Assembly: GCA_038243585.1 (NCBI GenBank)
Contig: JBBSQY010000001.1
Span: 32,001-96,000, forward strand
DNA length: 64,000 bases
From: Candidatus Sumerlaeales bacterium
Lineage (GTDB): Bacteria; Sumerlaeota; Sumerlaeia; Sumerlaeales; Sumerlaeaceae
Direction: 5' to 3'
The position numbers were made by a program, and so were the translations under genes. Under the pieces are notes generated by a model that was not told the DNA's origin, did no database searches, and worked only from the letters and a program-made list of their open reading frames with translations. How positions within the stretch are numbered: position 1 is the stretch's first letter; every line of letters begins with the position of its first letter. Shown piece by piece: positions 1 to 9,639 of this stretch.

Positions 1-233
1 GATAGACGCGAGATAAGGGTCAAGCCTTATTATAATTATTATCAATGCTTAGCGCAACTCACAAATATTGGGTGGCAGCCGGACCTAAATTGTTTGAGTA
101 TGGGACGGAGTTAATGGCATGCCGTACGGCAAAACCAAACCATAGCTTACAATCATTTGCAAACTTGGAAACACCACTACATGACAAATTTTTACTTGTA
201 TTGTGAGGCAGCAATTCCAGGCATTTTACTACG

Positions 234-1055
234 TCAGAGCGACTCGGTAGCCTGATCCGTCGCTTCCTCATCTGTCGCTTCCTCACACGGCGCTTCCTCA
301 TCCTTTGGCGCCGCCGGAAGGATCCTCTGCCATGCGGAACAGACTATTACAATATAGCCGATTAGCACAGGAATAGCAAAAAAAAGCGCGAAGAAAATGA
401 TGCCCGTAAGGAATATGTAGCCATCGTCGTTGGGGCTGACAGTATCCTGGGTTAGTCCGCCCATCATGTTAAAAACGACCTTCTCCAGATTCAGGAAAAC
501 CAACGCGGCAATCAGCAGAATTATCGGAAAAAACGCGCCAATTTCTGCCTTCCACGCCCGCATCTCCCCCAACCTTTTCATATACCAGATCAGCAGAGAC
601 AACCGCCAGAGAGATACCACCGCCAGAAAAGCGAGGTTGATTTCATTGGCGGTGTCGAGACCCGGCTCCGGAAAGATCATTTGCACGGGTATGGCGTAGA
701 GCAGGGCTGGCAGGCTGGTCATGGTTATAAAAACCAGTAACCGGAAGTAGGTCAGATTTTTAGGTCGCAAAGGCCACATGAAACAAAACAGGAAAAGAGC
801 CAGGACAAAAACGTAGACCACGCTCCCGACGCCCATTTGCTGAAGCAGTTCCACCCGCGAGTTATCCCAGTAGCGACCAATGCCCACGATCCATGTGACG
901 AGCAGACCCACGATAAGATCGCGGTAGTTCACGTTTCGCAATTCGTCTTTGGTGGCGCGATAGGTAAGCACCCGCAGCATCAGCCGGACCGAATCCATCA
1001 TGGAGAGGGATCCGGCACTTGTTTCCAATTCAACGACACTTTCATGTTTTCTCAT
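234..1055 (-). CDS. Multi-pass membrane protein, function unknown
   Basis: 273-aa ORF with several hydrophobic segments and an acidic EEA(P/T) repeat tail; start overlaps stop of the upstream radical SAM gene. Confidence 0.85.
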   Translation of the reverse strand: MRKHESVVELETSAGSLSMMDSVRLMLRVLTYRATKDELRNVNYRDLIVGLLVTWIVGIGRYWDNSRVELLQQMGVGSVVYVFVLALFLFCFMWPLRPKNLTYFRLLVFITMTSLPALLYAIPVQMIFPEPGLDTANEINLAFLAVVSLWRLSLLIWYMKRLGEMRAWKAEIGAFFPIILLIAALVFLNLEKVVFNMMGGLTQDTVSPNDDGYIFLTGIIFFALFFAIPVLIGYIVIVCSAWQRILPAAPKDEEAPCEEATDEEATDQATESL

Positions 1056-2413
1056 AAGGTCTCTCTGTTGATCGCCGTCGCCGATTCCGATTGCCCGCGC
1101 CGCCTTGCAATGGCGGTAAATAATTGCTTACGGTGGCGGGTGGCCTCGTCGCTGTAAAGCTCTTTCATCAGCCAGGCGAATCCCTGTTCCAGCTCCCGCG
1201 CCGACATTTTAGCGGGCTTGTACATCACATCAAACAGGGTACAGTAGTCCCACGCCGCCGGGCGCAGCAGGCGGCCATCCCGTTGGAGCCGGCGGTATAG
1301 TTCAGTTCCGGGAAACGGGGTCAACAAGGTGATTTGCACCTCGGAAAGACCGCTGGCCTTAACGTATTTCAGGGTGTCCTCAAATATGTCCGTGGTGTCA
1401 CCGTCGAGGCCAAGAGTGAAGCAGCCGTTAACGGAAATGCCGCGGCTCTGGATTCGTTCAATACTGTTCATATAGGCGTCGCGGCGGCGCAGCTTCCAGT
1501 CGCGGCTGTCCACGCCGCGCAGGGATTCGGGCGACGCGCTTTCCAACCCGATAAGCAATTGAGCGCATCCGGATTCGGCGAGCAAATCCAGTAGTTCTTC
1601 GTCGTCGGCGACGGAAATATCCGTCTCGGTAAACCACCGAATCGGATACTGCGCCAGCAGCCGCGCCAACTCCCGCGACCAGGATTTATTGACAAACGTG
1701 TTGTCGTCGGCCAGTTCAATAAAAGGGCGGGGCCATCGGGAAAGAATACTTTCCAGATCGCGTTGGACAAGTTCCATCGGCTTGACTTTATACCGGCTGA
1801 TGAGGCGACTGGCCCCGCAGAATTCGCAGTCGAGCGGGCAGCCGCGACTTGTTTGAATGGTGATGCGGTTATAGCGGGAAGGATCCAGCAGGTCATACCG
1901 GGGCAGAGGCGCATGAGCAAACTCGAACTGCCTGTCCGCCCTGTAACGGGGTTTCAGGCAACCCGCGGCGAAATCCGACAGCAACGTGACCCAGACAGGT
2001 TCGCCCTCCCCCACGACAATGGCGTCGGCGTGGGCCGCGGCTTCCGCCGGCATGGCCGTCACGTGGAGTCCCCCCAACACAACGCTTTTTCCCCCGGCGC
2101 GCAACATATCCGATAGAGCGTAGGCATCAAGAATCCGCGCGGTGAGGGCGGAGACAGCGATCAAGGCGAAACGGGAGCAAACGATAGCGTCAATGTCCGT
2201 ATCAGTCCAGGCGTCCAGCTCCTGGTATTCCACATCCCAGTCGTCCGGCGTAAGCCCCGCAAGGGTCAGCAGTCCCAGCGTCGGCAACTGCGCAATGGTA
2301 TTTCCGCGTTCGATAAAACCGGGCAGCGTCATTCCAAGCGCCAACAATTCTGGCTCACGAACGCGAACGCCGCTGAGGGCTAGGAAGAGGACGCTTTTAG
2401 GGTTTGAATACAC
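1052..2413 (-). CDS. B12-binding radical SAM protein
   Basis: N-terminal B12-binding-like region (LGGLHVT, GEGE) and CxxxCxxC motif SRGCPLDCEFC. Confidence 0.9.
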   Translation of the reverse strand: MYSNPKSVLFLALSGVRVREPELLALGMTLPGFIERGNTIAQLPTLGLLTLAGLTPDDWDVEYQELDAWTDTDIDAIVCSRFALIAVSALTARILDAYALSDMLRAGGKSVVLGGLHVTAMPAEAAAHADAIVVGEGEPVWVTLLSDFAAGCLKPRYRADRQFEFAHAPLPRYDLLDPSRYNRITIQTSRGCPLDCEFCGASRLISRYKVKPMELVQRDLESILSRWPRPFIELADDNTFVNKSWSRELARLLAQYPIRWFTETDISVADDEELLDLLAESGCAQLLIGLESASPESLRGVDSRDWKLRRRDAYMNSIERIQSRGISVNGCFTLGLDGDTTDIFEDTLKYVKASGLSEVQITLLTPFPGTELYRRLQRDGRLLRPAAWDYCTLFDVMYKPAKMSARELEQGFAWLMKELYSDEATRHRKQLFTAIARRRGQSESATAINRETL

Positions 2414-2473
2414 CAGTTTATTATATGCGGCGCCGTTTGGTGTGCCTCAAGAGAAAACGGCGGTCATCTCACC

Positions 2474-2893
2474 TTAATAACGTTTCGTCCGACGCTCTCT
2501 TGGCTTACGCGTCCGGCTTGATCCGTCGTCCGCAACCTGCATTGCAGCTCTGCGCGGCGACACCGCCCTGGGCGGCGGACCGGGAATTACTGGCGCAAGT
2601 GACCCGCCAACAACGCCGCTGGCCATGCTGCCCGCAGCCGGTTTGCCGGATGACAGGCTTCCCGCCTGCGGCTTGCCAATCGTCAGACTCCCCGCTTGTG
2701 GCTTACCTGCTGATGCGCTGCCAGCCGCCGGTTTGCCCGAGCCCAGGCTACCCGCGGTAACCGGCGCAGCCAGGCTGCCCTTTTCCACGCGCGTCTTTGC
2801 AATATCAGCTTCCTGCGAAAATGCACTGCCGCCCAAAAGGACAAACGCCGCAGCTGCTGATGCCAAAATAGTTCTATTTTTTGTGAACCCCAT
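2474..2893 (-). CDS. Small secreted protein with GKPxAGS decapeptide repeats
   Basis: AAGGAG RBS before ATG at 2893; signal peptide (AFS-Q); four GKP(A/Q)AGS repeats; basic tail. Confidence 0.7.
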   Translation of the reverse strand: MGFTKNRTILASAAAAFVLLGGSAFSQEADIAKTRVEKGSLAAPVTAGSLGSGKPAAGSASAGKPQAGSLTIGKPQAGSLSSGKPAAGSMASGVVGGSLAPVIPGPPPRAVSPRRAAMQVADDGSSRTRKPRERRTKRY

Positions 2894-2993
2894 AGCGTCT
2901 CCTTTGAACAAAAAAACTTATTACATCTCGCCACTTAATTGGTTAAATAGGTTCAGATTAAAAGTCCATTCAACGAACTACACCTGAGCCAGA

Positions 2994-4097
2994 TCATCCT
3001 CCGCGCGGCGCTTTGCGGGCGCCCGATTGTATCCGCCGCTGCATTTGAACTTTTTTATCTTCGGCCGCCTGGACTTCTTTTCGCAGCTCCAGATAATGCT
3101 CCAGCCGCTCCTCGTCCAACCGATCTTCCGAAATCGCGAGTTTCACGGCACAATCCGGCTCATTCTCATGTCGACAGTCATTAAACCGGCACTGTGCCGC
3201 GAGCCCCACCACATCGTCAAACGCCTCTTGAAGCCCTTCCCGGTGATCCATAAGAGTGACCTCGCGCATCCCCGGCGTGTCAATGACCAGCGCTCCCCCG
3301 GCCAGGCGAATCAGTTCCCGATGGGTGGTCGTATGGCGACCCCGTTCGTCGTTTCGAATTTCGTTCACGCGCAGACGCTCTTCGCCCAGCCAATAATTGA
3401 TCAACGTGGATTTTCCCACGCCGCTTGATCCAAGCAGCGCCACCACCACCCCCGGCTTAAGATAGGAGTCCAGCTCAGCAAGTCCGTTTCCGGTAATCAC
3501 ACTGACGGAATGCACGGGCGTCGTTGCGTCCAGCGCCGTTGCTTCTTCCAGATAGCCGGCTTCCTCTTCTCCGGCCAGATCGGATTTCGTTAATACGATG
3601 ACCGGCTGCGCCCCGCTCTCACCGGCCAGCGCCAGGTATCGCTCGAGCCGCCGCGCGCTGAAGTCGCGATTAAGACTGGTGACGACAAAAATAATATCCA
3701 TGTTGGCGGCCACCACCTGCGCACGATTCGCGGTTCCTGCCATTTTGCGCCAGAAGGCAGACCGGCGAGGCAGAATCTCCTGCACCAGCCACGCGCAGCT
3801 CCCGGAATTTCCGGGGTTGCGCAAAGCAACCCAATCGCCCACTGCGGGCAAACCAGAACGCACCTGCTTTTGCTCCAGTCTCAGGCGCCCCGCCGCAGAA
3901 AAAGGCACAGAACCTGCCGCCGTCCAGGCGGTTCCGAGGTTCCCGTAAGACACGGCAATCAGTCCAGGTTCCAGCCCCTGCGCACGCAGATCGGCAAACT
4001 CTAATTCCCGCGCCGCAGACCAGCCACATTCGGCCATGTCGTGCTGTATGGGAGCGCTTTGTTTATTTTCAGGCGACGTCATCGGCAAATTCGACAT
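2994..4097 (-). CDS. rsgA: Ribosome small subunit-dependent GTPase A
   Basis: Circularly permuted GTPase motifs TKSD, GSSGVGKST, HTTT, DTPG; C-terminal CxxxxCxHxxxxxC zinc site. Confidence 0.93.
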   Translation of the reverse strand: MSNLPMTSPENKQSAPIQHDMAECGWSAARELEFADLRAQGLEPGLIAVSYGNLGTAWTAAGSVPFSAAGRLRLEQKQVRSGLPAVGDWVALRNPGNSGSCAWLVQEILPRRSAFWRKMAGTANRAQVVAANMDIIFVVTSLNRDFSARRLERYLALAGESGAQPVIVLTKSDLAGEEEAGYLEEATALDATTPVHSVSVITGNGLAELDSYLKPGVVVALLGSSGVGKSTLINYWLGEERLRVNEIRNDERGRHTTTHRELIRLAGGALVIDTPGMREVTLMDHREGLQEAFDDVVGLAAQCRFNDCRHENEPDCAVKLAISEDRLDEERLEHYLELRKEVQAAEDKKVQMQRRIQSGARKAPRGG

Positions 4098-4257
4098 CCG
4101 GTTATTTGTAAAACCTTCGACTGAAAAAAGCGCCGCGTAAGATAGAAAAACTCAGGGCCGACATTCCCACATCCAGGAGTGCGGTGACCTGTCACCGCCT
4201 TGGTTGTGCGCGAAGTGCACCCGTCATTGCCGGAATACCAGGATATGACCTGACCCA

Positions 4258-5208
4258 TCATAACGGCACCTCCACCTGGGCCATCACGTGGCGCAGCGCC
4301 CGGGTTTCCTGTTCATGACTGAATCCCGCGGATTCGAAGCCCTCTTTTACCATGATGCGATGCGCCAGCACCGGTATCACCATTTCTTTAATGTCGTCAG
4401 GAATGCAGTAGTCGCGCCCCTCCAGCCACGCCTTCCCCTGCGCCGCACCGCGCAGCGCCAGAGCCGCTCGCGTGCTTGCCCCCAGCACGATCTCCGCAGA
4501 TGTTCGCGTCGCCTGCACCACCCGCGCAAGATACGTCAGCAGGTCGTCGCTGACCAGCACGCCGTCGACCGCCTCCTGCCATTCTATCATCTGTTCGCCC
4601 GAAACCACCGGATCAAGGCGTTCGGCTGAAAACCCGGTTCTCTGCTCCCGCAACACAGTTATTTCATTTTCGAGGTCTGGATAACCAATATGTAGCCTCA
4701 TCATAAATCGATCCATCTGACTCTTCGGCAAAGGAAATGTCCCATGAAATTCGATCGGGTTTTGCGTGGCCAGCACCATAAACGGGCGCGGCAAATCGTA
4801 CGTCTGTTTTTCGATGCTCACCTGCGCGTTGTTCATGGCTTCCAGCAATGCGCTCTGGGTCTTCGGCGTGGTTCGATTAATCTCGTCCGCCACCACGATG
4901 TTTGCGAACAAAGGGCCGGGCTTGAAATCGAACTCCCGGCGCGCCTGGTCATACAGAGTTACTCCAAGAATATCGCTCGGCAGCATATCGCTCGTAAACT
5001 GGATGCGGCTAAAAGACAGGTTGAGAGATCTGGCCAGACACTGCGCCAGCGTTGTCTTACCCACGCCAGGCACATCCTCAAGCAATAGATGCCCCCGCGC
5101 CAGCACGCAGATCATTGCGTGGCGAACAATGTCTGTCTTGCCCTTGATAACCTTCTCAATATTCTGCTGCAGTTTCATGACTTCGGGGCGCGTCGGCGTA
5201 GTCGGCAT
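4258..5208 (-). CDS. moxR: MoxR family AAA+ ATPase
   Basis: LLEDVPGVGKT, RIQFTSDMLPSD, DEINR, ATQNPIE motifs. Confidence 0.93.
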   Translation of the reverse strand: MPTTPTRPEVMKLQQNIEKVIKGKTDIVRHAMICVLARGHLLLEDVPGVGKTTLAQCLARSLNLSFSRIQFTSDMLPSDILGVTLYDQARREFDFKPGPLFANIVVADEINRTTPKTQSALLEAMNNAQVSIEKQTYDLPRPFMVLATQNPIEFHGTFPLPKSQMDRFMMRLHIGYPDLENEITVLREQRTGFSAERLDPVVSGEQMIEWQEAVDGVLVSDDLLTYLARVVQATRTSAEIVLGASTRAALALRGAAQGKAWLEGRDYCIPDDIKEMVIPVLAHRIMVKEGFESAGFSHEQETRALRHVMAQVEVPL

Positions 5209-5325
5209 AAATTTCCTATAACCGGAATTTCAATTTAAGGCAGCGGGCTAAATGAATCATTTCAACACAATAGCTGTCGAATCGCAGAAGCAATATTCGT
5301 AGCTAATATGAGACTTGGGGTTTCG

Positions 5326-6069
5326 ATGAAAAAGTCAGTTCTGGTTTTGGCCGCAGTTGTAGGCCTCGCCTGCAGTAATGTACAGGGCCAAGGATTTTTG
5401 TCCTCCATAAAAGGCAAGCTCACCGGAGAAGAACAGCAGCAGCCGCCGCAGGCGCCGCCGCAACAGCAGGCTCAGGGCACTCCGGCGCCCGCAGAGGGCG
5501 GTAGAACGGTACAGGGCGAATCGGGAAACAATGTAAGAATTGTGCAGGGAACACCGCCCACACAGGCGCAGAAAACGCCAACTAAAAAAGAAATTCAGGA
5601 AGGCGCCGCCCGCCTGAAAACCCAGATGGCGCCGGAACGAATCCCTGGTAATCTTTTCGATCGCTATGAGGGGGTCTGGAATGGCGATTTTTGGGTTTAT
5701 AGCCCAACAGGTCAGCTGGAAGAGAGCAAGTCGGTAAAAATCGAGTACAAAAAAACCGGCAAAAACACCCTCTCCATGGAAACCTTTTACGCGGATCGCC
5801 TCGGCAAACAGTGGATAGTGGCTGAAACGGCGACTTATACGAACAACGGCGATTCCGTTGACGTTTCGATTCTCCGGCCCAGCAATGACACCGCCACACA
5901 GACCGGACGTTATAACGACGGCCAGTTGTTTCTGGTGGCCAACATCAAGGACGGCGTCGAGCATTATCGTGAACGCATCGACGGCCAGCGACTGCTGGTA
6001 GACGGCTTCGCCGTATACGGCGGCAGCGACAGTCATGTTTTCATCGGCCGATTTGTGCGCCAGCGGTAA
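5326..6069 (+). CDS. Secreted hypothetical protein
   Basis: Signal peptide MKKSVLVLAAVVGL; Q/P-rich linker; beta-strand-rich C-terminal domain. Confidence 0.8.
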   Translation: MKKSVLVLAAVVGLACSNVQGQGFLSSIKGKLTGEEQQQPPQAPPQQQAQGTPAPAEGGRTVQGESGNNVRIVQGTPPTQAQKTPTKKEIQEGAARLKTQMAPERIPGNLFDRYEGVWNGDFWVYSPTGQLEESKSVKIEYKKTGKNTLSMETFYADRLGKQWIVAETATYTNNGDSVDVSILRPSNDTATQTGRYNDGQLFLVANIKDGVEHYRERIDGQRLLVDGFAVYGGSDSHVFIGRFVRQR

Positions 6070-6092
6070 GTTGTTTTAAGTACTATTTAGCA

Positions 6093-6551
6093 ATGCGCAA
6101 CTTCTGGAAATTGATAAGCGGCCGGATTGGAATAATCAGTTCCAGTCCGGCCCTTCCTTTTGCCAACCGCCTGGCTCGCGATCTTCACAGCAAAAGCCTT
6201 GGCCGCCTTGGCGAGGAAGCGTCCGTCCGTAAGCTTGTAGATGAAGGTTACCGAATCCTGGATAGGAACTACGCCTGCCGAAGCGGCGAGATCGATATCA
6301 TAGCAGAGCACGGCGGGCACATCTGCTTTGTCGAAGTAAAGACCCGATCCCCCCGGTCGTGGAACTCTCCGGAATCTGCCGTAACCCCTGAGAAACAGCT
6401 TAGGATCATCCGCGCCGCTAATTTCTACATGGCAGGATTTCGCAATTGCGCTCCTGCCCGCTTCGATATTGTCAGCGTTTTGACGGATGATAACGAGCAA
6501 ATAATGAGCGTTGAATTGAAGAAAAATGCGTTTGCGCCGGTTGCGGGATAG
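6093..6551 (+). CDS. yraN: YraN family protein (UPF0102)
   Basis: LGRLGE...GEIDIIA...FVEVKTR...RFDIV motifs; start uncertain. Confidence 0.9.
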   Translation: MRNFWKLISGRIGIISSSPALPFANRLARDLHSKSLGRLGEEASVRKLVDEGYRILDRNYACRSGEIDIIAEHGGHICFVEVKTRSPRSWNSPESAVTPEKQLRIIRAANFYMAGFRNCAPARFDIVSVLTDDNEQIMSVELKKNAFAPVAG

Positions 6552-6648
6552 GATTTAGGGCTTACTGGTTGATAAATCAGGCCCGCGCGACTCGGTGCCA
6601 CGGCATGAGCGTTACTAAACCAGCAATTTGCAGCGAAGGGGACTCACT

Positions 6649-8178
6649 TTGTTTAAGTTTCTATTTTTTTGGCCACGAGTGCTCCACACGATCCGGCAGA
6701 TATTCCTGTTTTTTTACCTGCTTATCGCAATTCCAATAAGAACCATTTACTGGCAGATCCGCCTGTTGGGCAAACCTGCCGGCGCGCGCAATCCCGATGA
6801 TCCCTACTTCGATGTCATTTGTCTTAGCCATGTGCCCTGGTCTCACATCTGGCAGCGCAATCACCACACAATGATGAGGCTTGCTGAAAACCGCAAGGTC
6901 ATTTATATCCAGCAGACCGCCATTTCATACATCCATTGGTTCGTGCGTCACTGGCATTATGGGATTTCGGAATACAATAACACTTATCCTGGACTTGAGT
7001 TGGAAACGCCCCTGTTTTTCCCCGGCCAGTCTCGCCTCCCGTTTGTCGGCGCTCTGAATCGCTGGGTCATCAGCACCCATGTCAGATGGCTGGAGCACAG
7101 TCACAATCTACGCAACACCGTCCTCTGGTTCTACTATCCCGGTTGCGCAAACGTTCTGGACAGCTTCAAACCGGCTGCCGTAGTCTACGATATTCAGGAC
7201 GAATACACCGCCTTTGACTGGTCGCCCAGAGACATTGCGGAACGCGAGCGCTATCTGCTTGATCGGGCAGATATCGTTTTCGCCGGCACCCATGCTCTTT
7301 ATCAGACAAAAACCGCCGGCTTCGCTGGCAAGGCATTCTTCTATCCGTGCGCGGTAGAATTTTCGCATTTCTACGCGGCAGCCCCCAAGTTTAACGACGC
7401 TTTCTTTGAATCTCACCCGGAGATATCAGGCGAGGCTGTTGAAATAATTAAAAAAGTGGACCACGCATTTCGCGAATCCGGCGAGGATTATGGAACAATT
7501 TCTGTCCCATCCGTTGAAGCGACTAATGCCGCCAAAGGCAAACCCGCCGGCAAGCAGGCCAAAGTCGATACCAAATATATCAAACAATCTGGAGAAACGG
7601 TGGAATTCCGTCAACCTGTGGAACTGAACGATCTTCGCCGGCCCCGCCTGGTATATGTGGGTCTCATTGACAAACGTATTGATCCGACATTGCTGGCACA
7701 CTTGGGCCAGTCTCACCCTGAGTGGGAAATTGTCATGATCGGGCCTGTAGATCACAAGCTGTTCGATCAGCAATCTGTGGAGCAGGCAGCCCCGAATGTA
7801 CGGTTTATCGGATCCGTCCAATACCGCTGGCTTCCAAACTTCCTGGCCCACTGCGATGTGTATCTAATGCCGTGGATAGTCAACGATCTGACCCGTCACA
7901 TCAACCCCACAAAAACGCTGGAGTATATGGCTGCAGGACGTCCCGTGGTCAGCATAAGTCTCCCTGATCTTGAAAATCTGTTTTCTGACAGCGTTAGCTT
8001 GTCCACCACCTACGAAGAGTTCGTGGAACATTGCGAAGCTGCTCTTGCAAACCAGCGCTGGGACAAAGTCGCCCGCGGCCTTGACAGGGCGTGGTCTTTC
8101 GCCTGGAATACTGCCGTTCACGAGATGGAACAGCACGTCAGCGATGCAATAGCGGCACGTAAAACGCCGCGGCATTAA
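6649..8178 (+). CDS. GT-B/GT4-like glycosyltransferase with N-terminal membrane anchor
   Basis: WQRNHH, VYDIQDE and NPTKTLEYMAAGRPVVS motifs; TTG start after GAAGGGGA. Confidence 0.85.
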   Translation: MFKFLFFWPRVLHTIRQIFLFFYLLIAIPIRTIYWQIRLLGKPAGARNPDDPYFDVICLSHVPWSHIWQRNHHTMMRLAENRKVIYIQQTAISYIHWFVRHWHYGISEYNNTYPGLELETPLFFPGQSRLPFVGALNRWVISTHVRWLEHSHNLRNTVLWFYYPGCANVLDSFKPAAVVYDIQDEYTAFDWSPRDIAERERYLLDRADIVFAGTHALYQTKTAGFAGKAFFYPCAVEFSHFYAAAPKFNDAFFESHPEISGEAVEIIKKVDHAFRESGEDYGTISVPSVEATNAAKGKPAGKQAKVDTKYIKQSGETVEFRQPVELNDLRRPRLVYVGLIDKRIDPTLLAHLGQSHPEWEIVMIGPVDHKLFDQQSVEQAAPNVRFIGSVQYRWLPNFLAHCDVYLMPWIVNDLTRHINPTKTLEYMAAGRPVVSISLPDLENLFSDSVSLSTTYEEFVEHCEAALANQRWDKVARGLDRAWSFAWNTAVHEMEQHVSDAIAARKTPRH

Positions 8179-8344
8179 GATCAACTTTCTTCGATGCCTA
8201 TTGACGTACAACACACATTCTTGTCTGTCTCAAACCGTGGCTTCATTTGAGCAAGTGAAGTCTTTTTTGCCCAGATAAATACAACAAATTAAAAAGTCAG
8301 TCCTGCCTTTTTGACAGACATCAGTTTCAGCAAGAAGAGCTTGA

Positions 8345-9535
8345 ATGGAAACCTATGAAAGCGAAAATGGATCGCACTGGAAAGAAACAAAAAACCATCG
8401 TCCATTCGAGTACCTCAGCCGGGGAGACTTTACCTGGTTTGTAATTGGCCACTTCCTGCTTCTCCCACTGACACTGATCTCGTTGCTTCTAACAATCCTG
8501 TGCCTCCCCCTTTACCGGCTTTGGGCAATCTACCGCAGACGCCAGCCGGTGGAACCTGACGTCCATGGTGAAGTAAAACGGATCTCAGAAAACCCTGAGA
8601 TCCAGGCAAACATGACTCTCGGTGCTCAACTCGGTTCTGATGTTATACCAGTAATTTCCGTAGTGATGCCCTTTTACAACCGCGTGGCATGGGTCGACCG
8701 TGCTCTTGGCAGCGTGCTAAGCCAGCAGTTGCACGAAGATTTGACTGCGGAAATTATCGTGGTAGACAACGGATCAACCGACGGCACCTATGAGGCACTC
8801 CAACGCTATCCGGTACGCGTTATTAAATGCGCCGAACGTGGCCCTGGTGCAGCTCGAAACGCGGGCATAGCCGCCGCAAGGGCACCCGTCGTGGCGTTTA
8901 TCGATAGTGACTGCGTTGCCGATGATTACTGGCTCGCAAATATCGTCGAGGCGTTCAACGATCCAGAAATGCTACTGACGGGAGGACAAATCGTCAGTCT
9001 GGATTATGATGGGTTTGTGGCTACCTTTACCATAGAAGAACGAATCCTCAGCAACGACCGCTTCTTTAACAGTTCGGCATACTTCCCCCGATTCTTCGCC
9101 ACCGCAAACGCCGCCTATCGCCGATCCGCCCTGGAAAAAGTGGGTGGGTTCGATAATTCCCTCTGGATGAGCGAGGATGCCGATCTGGCCTTCCGTGTGA
9201 TGGAACTGGGCGGACGCATGATGTATCGCCACGATGCCGTAGTCTATCATCAGCATCGCCACACCCTCGGAGAGCTCTTTAACCAGGCCATCGATTACGG
9301 CGCCGCCTCAGTGGCGATCTTTGAAAAACACCGGTCCAAGCTGGAAGTGACCTCGGCCATTGGCTGGAAAAACATCCGAGATCTTGCCTGGTCGCCCTTT
9401 GAACTAATCTGCGACCAATTTACGGCAGAAAACGATTACGAACGGAAGCGGGAACTGCTCTACGCCCTATGGCGTTTGGGGTTCACCTACGGAACGATTC
9501 GCGAAAGCATTAAACGCCGCGTCCTTTTCATATAG
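8345..9535 (+). CDS. GT2 family glycosyltransferase with N-terminal TM
   Basis: SVVMPFYN, VDNGSTD, FIDSD, GGFD...SEDADL motifs. Confidence 0.9.
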   Translation: METYESENGSHWKETKNHRPFEYLSRGDFTWFVIGHFLLLPLTLISLLLTILCLPLYRLWAIYRRRQPVEPDVHGEVKRISENPEIQANMTLGAQLGSDVIPVISVVMPFYNRVAWVDRALGSVLSQQLHEDLTAEIIVVDNGSTDGTYEALQRYPVRVIKCAERGPGAARNAGIAAARAPVVAFIDSDCVADDYWLANIVEAFNDPEMLLTGGQIVSLDYDGFVATFTIEERILSNDRFFNSSAYFPRFFATANAAYRRSALEKVGGFDNSLWMSEDADLAFRVMELGGRMMYRHDAVVYHQHRHTLGELFNQAIDYGAASVAIFEKHRSKLEVTSAIGWKNIRDLAWSPFELICDQFTAENDYERKRELLYALWRLGFTYGTIRESIKRRVLFI

Positions 9536-9639
9536 CTCCAATATCTAGTGTTTTCTTTTCTTTGCCCCATGGCACCTTGATAGCATTTTTTAGGTATTAA
9601 TGATTGCCTTGCCGTTTCTTGGACCTCAGAACCAGATTT

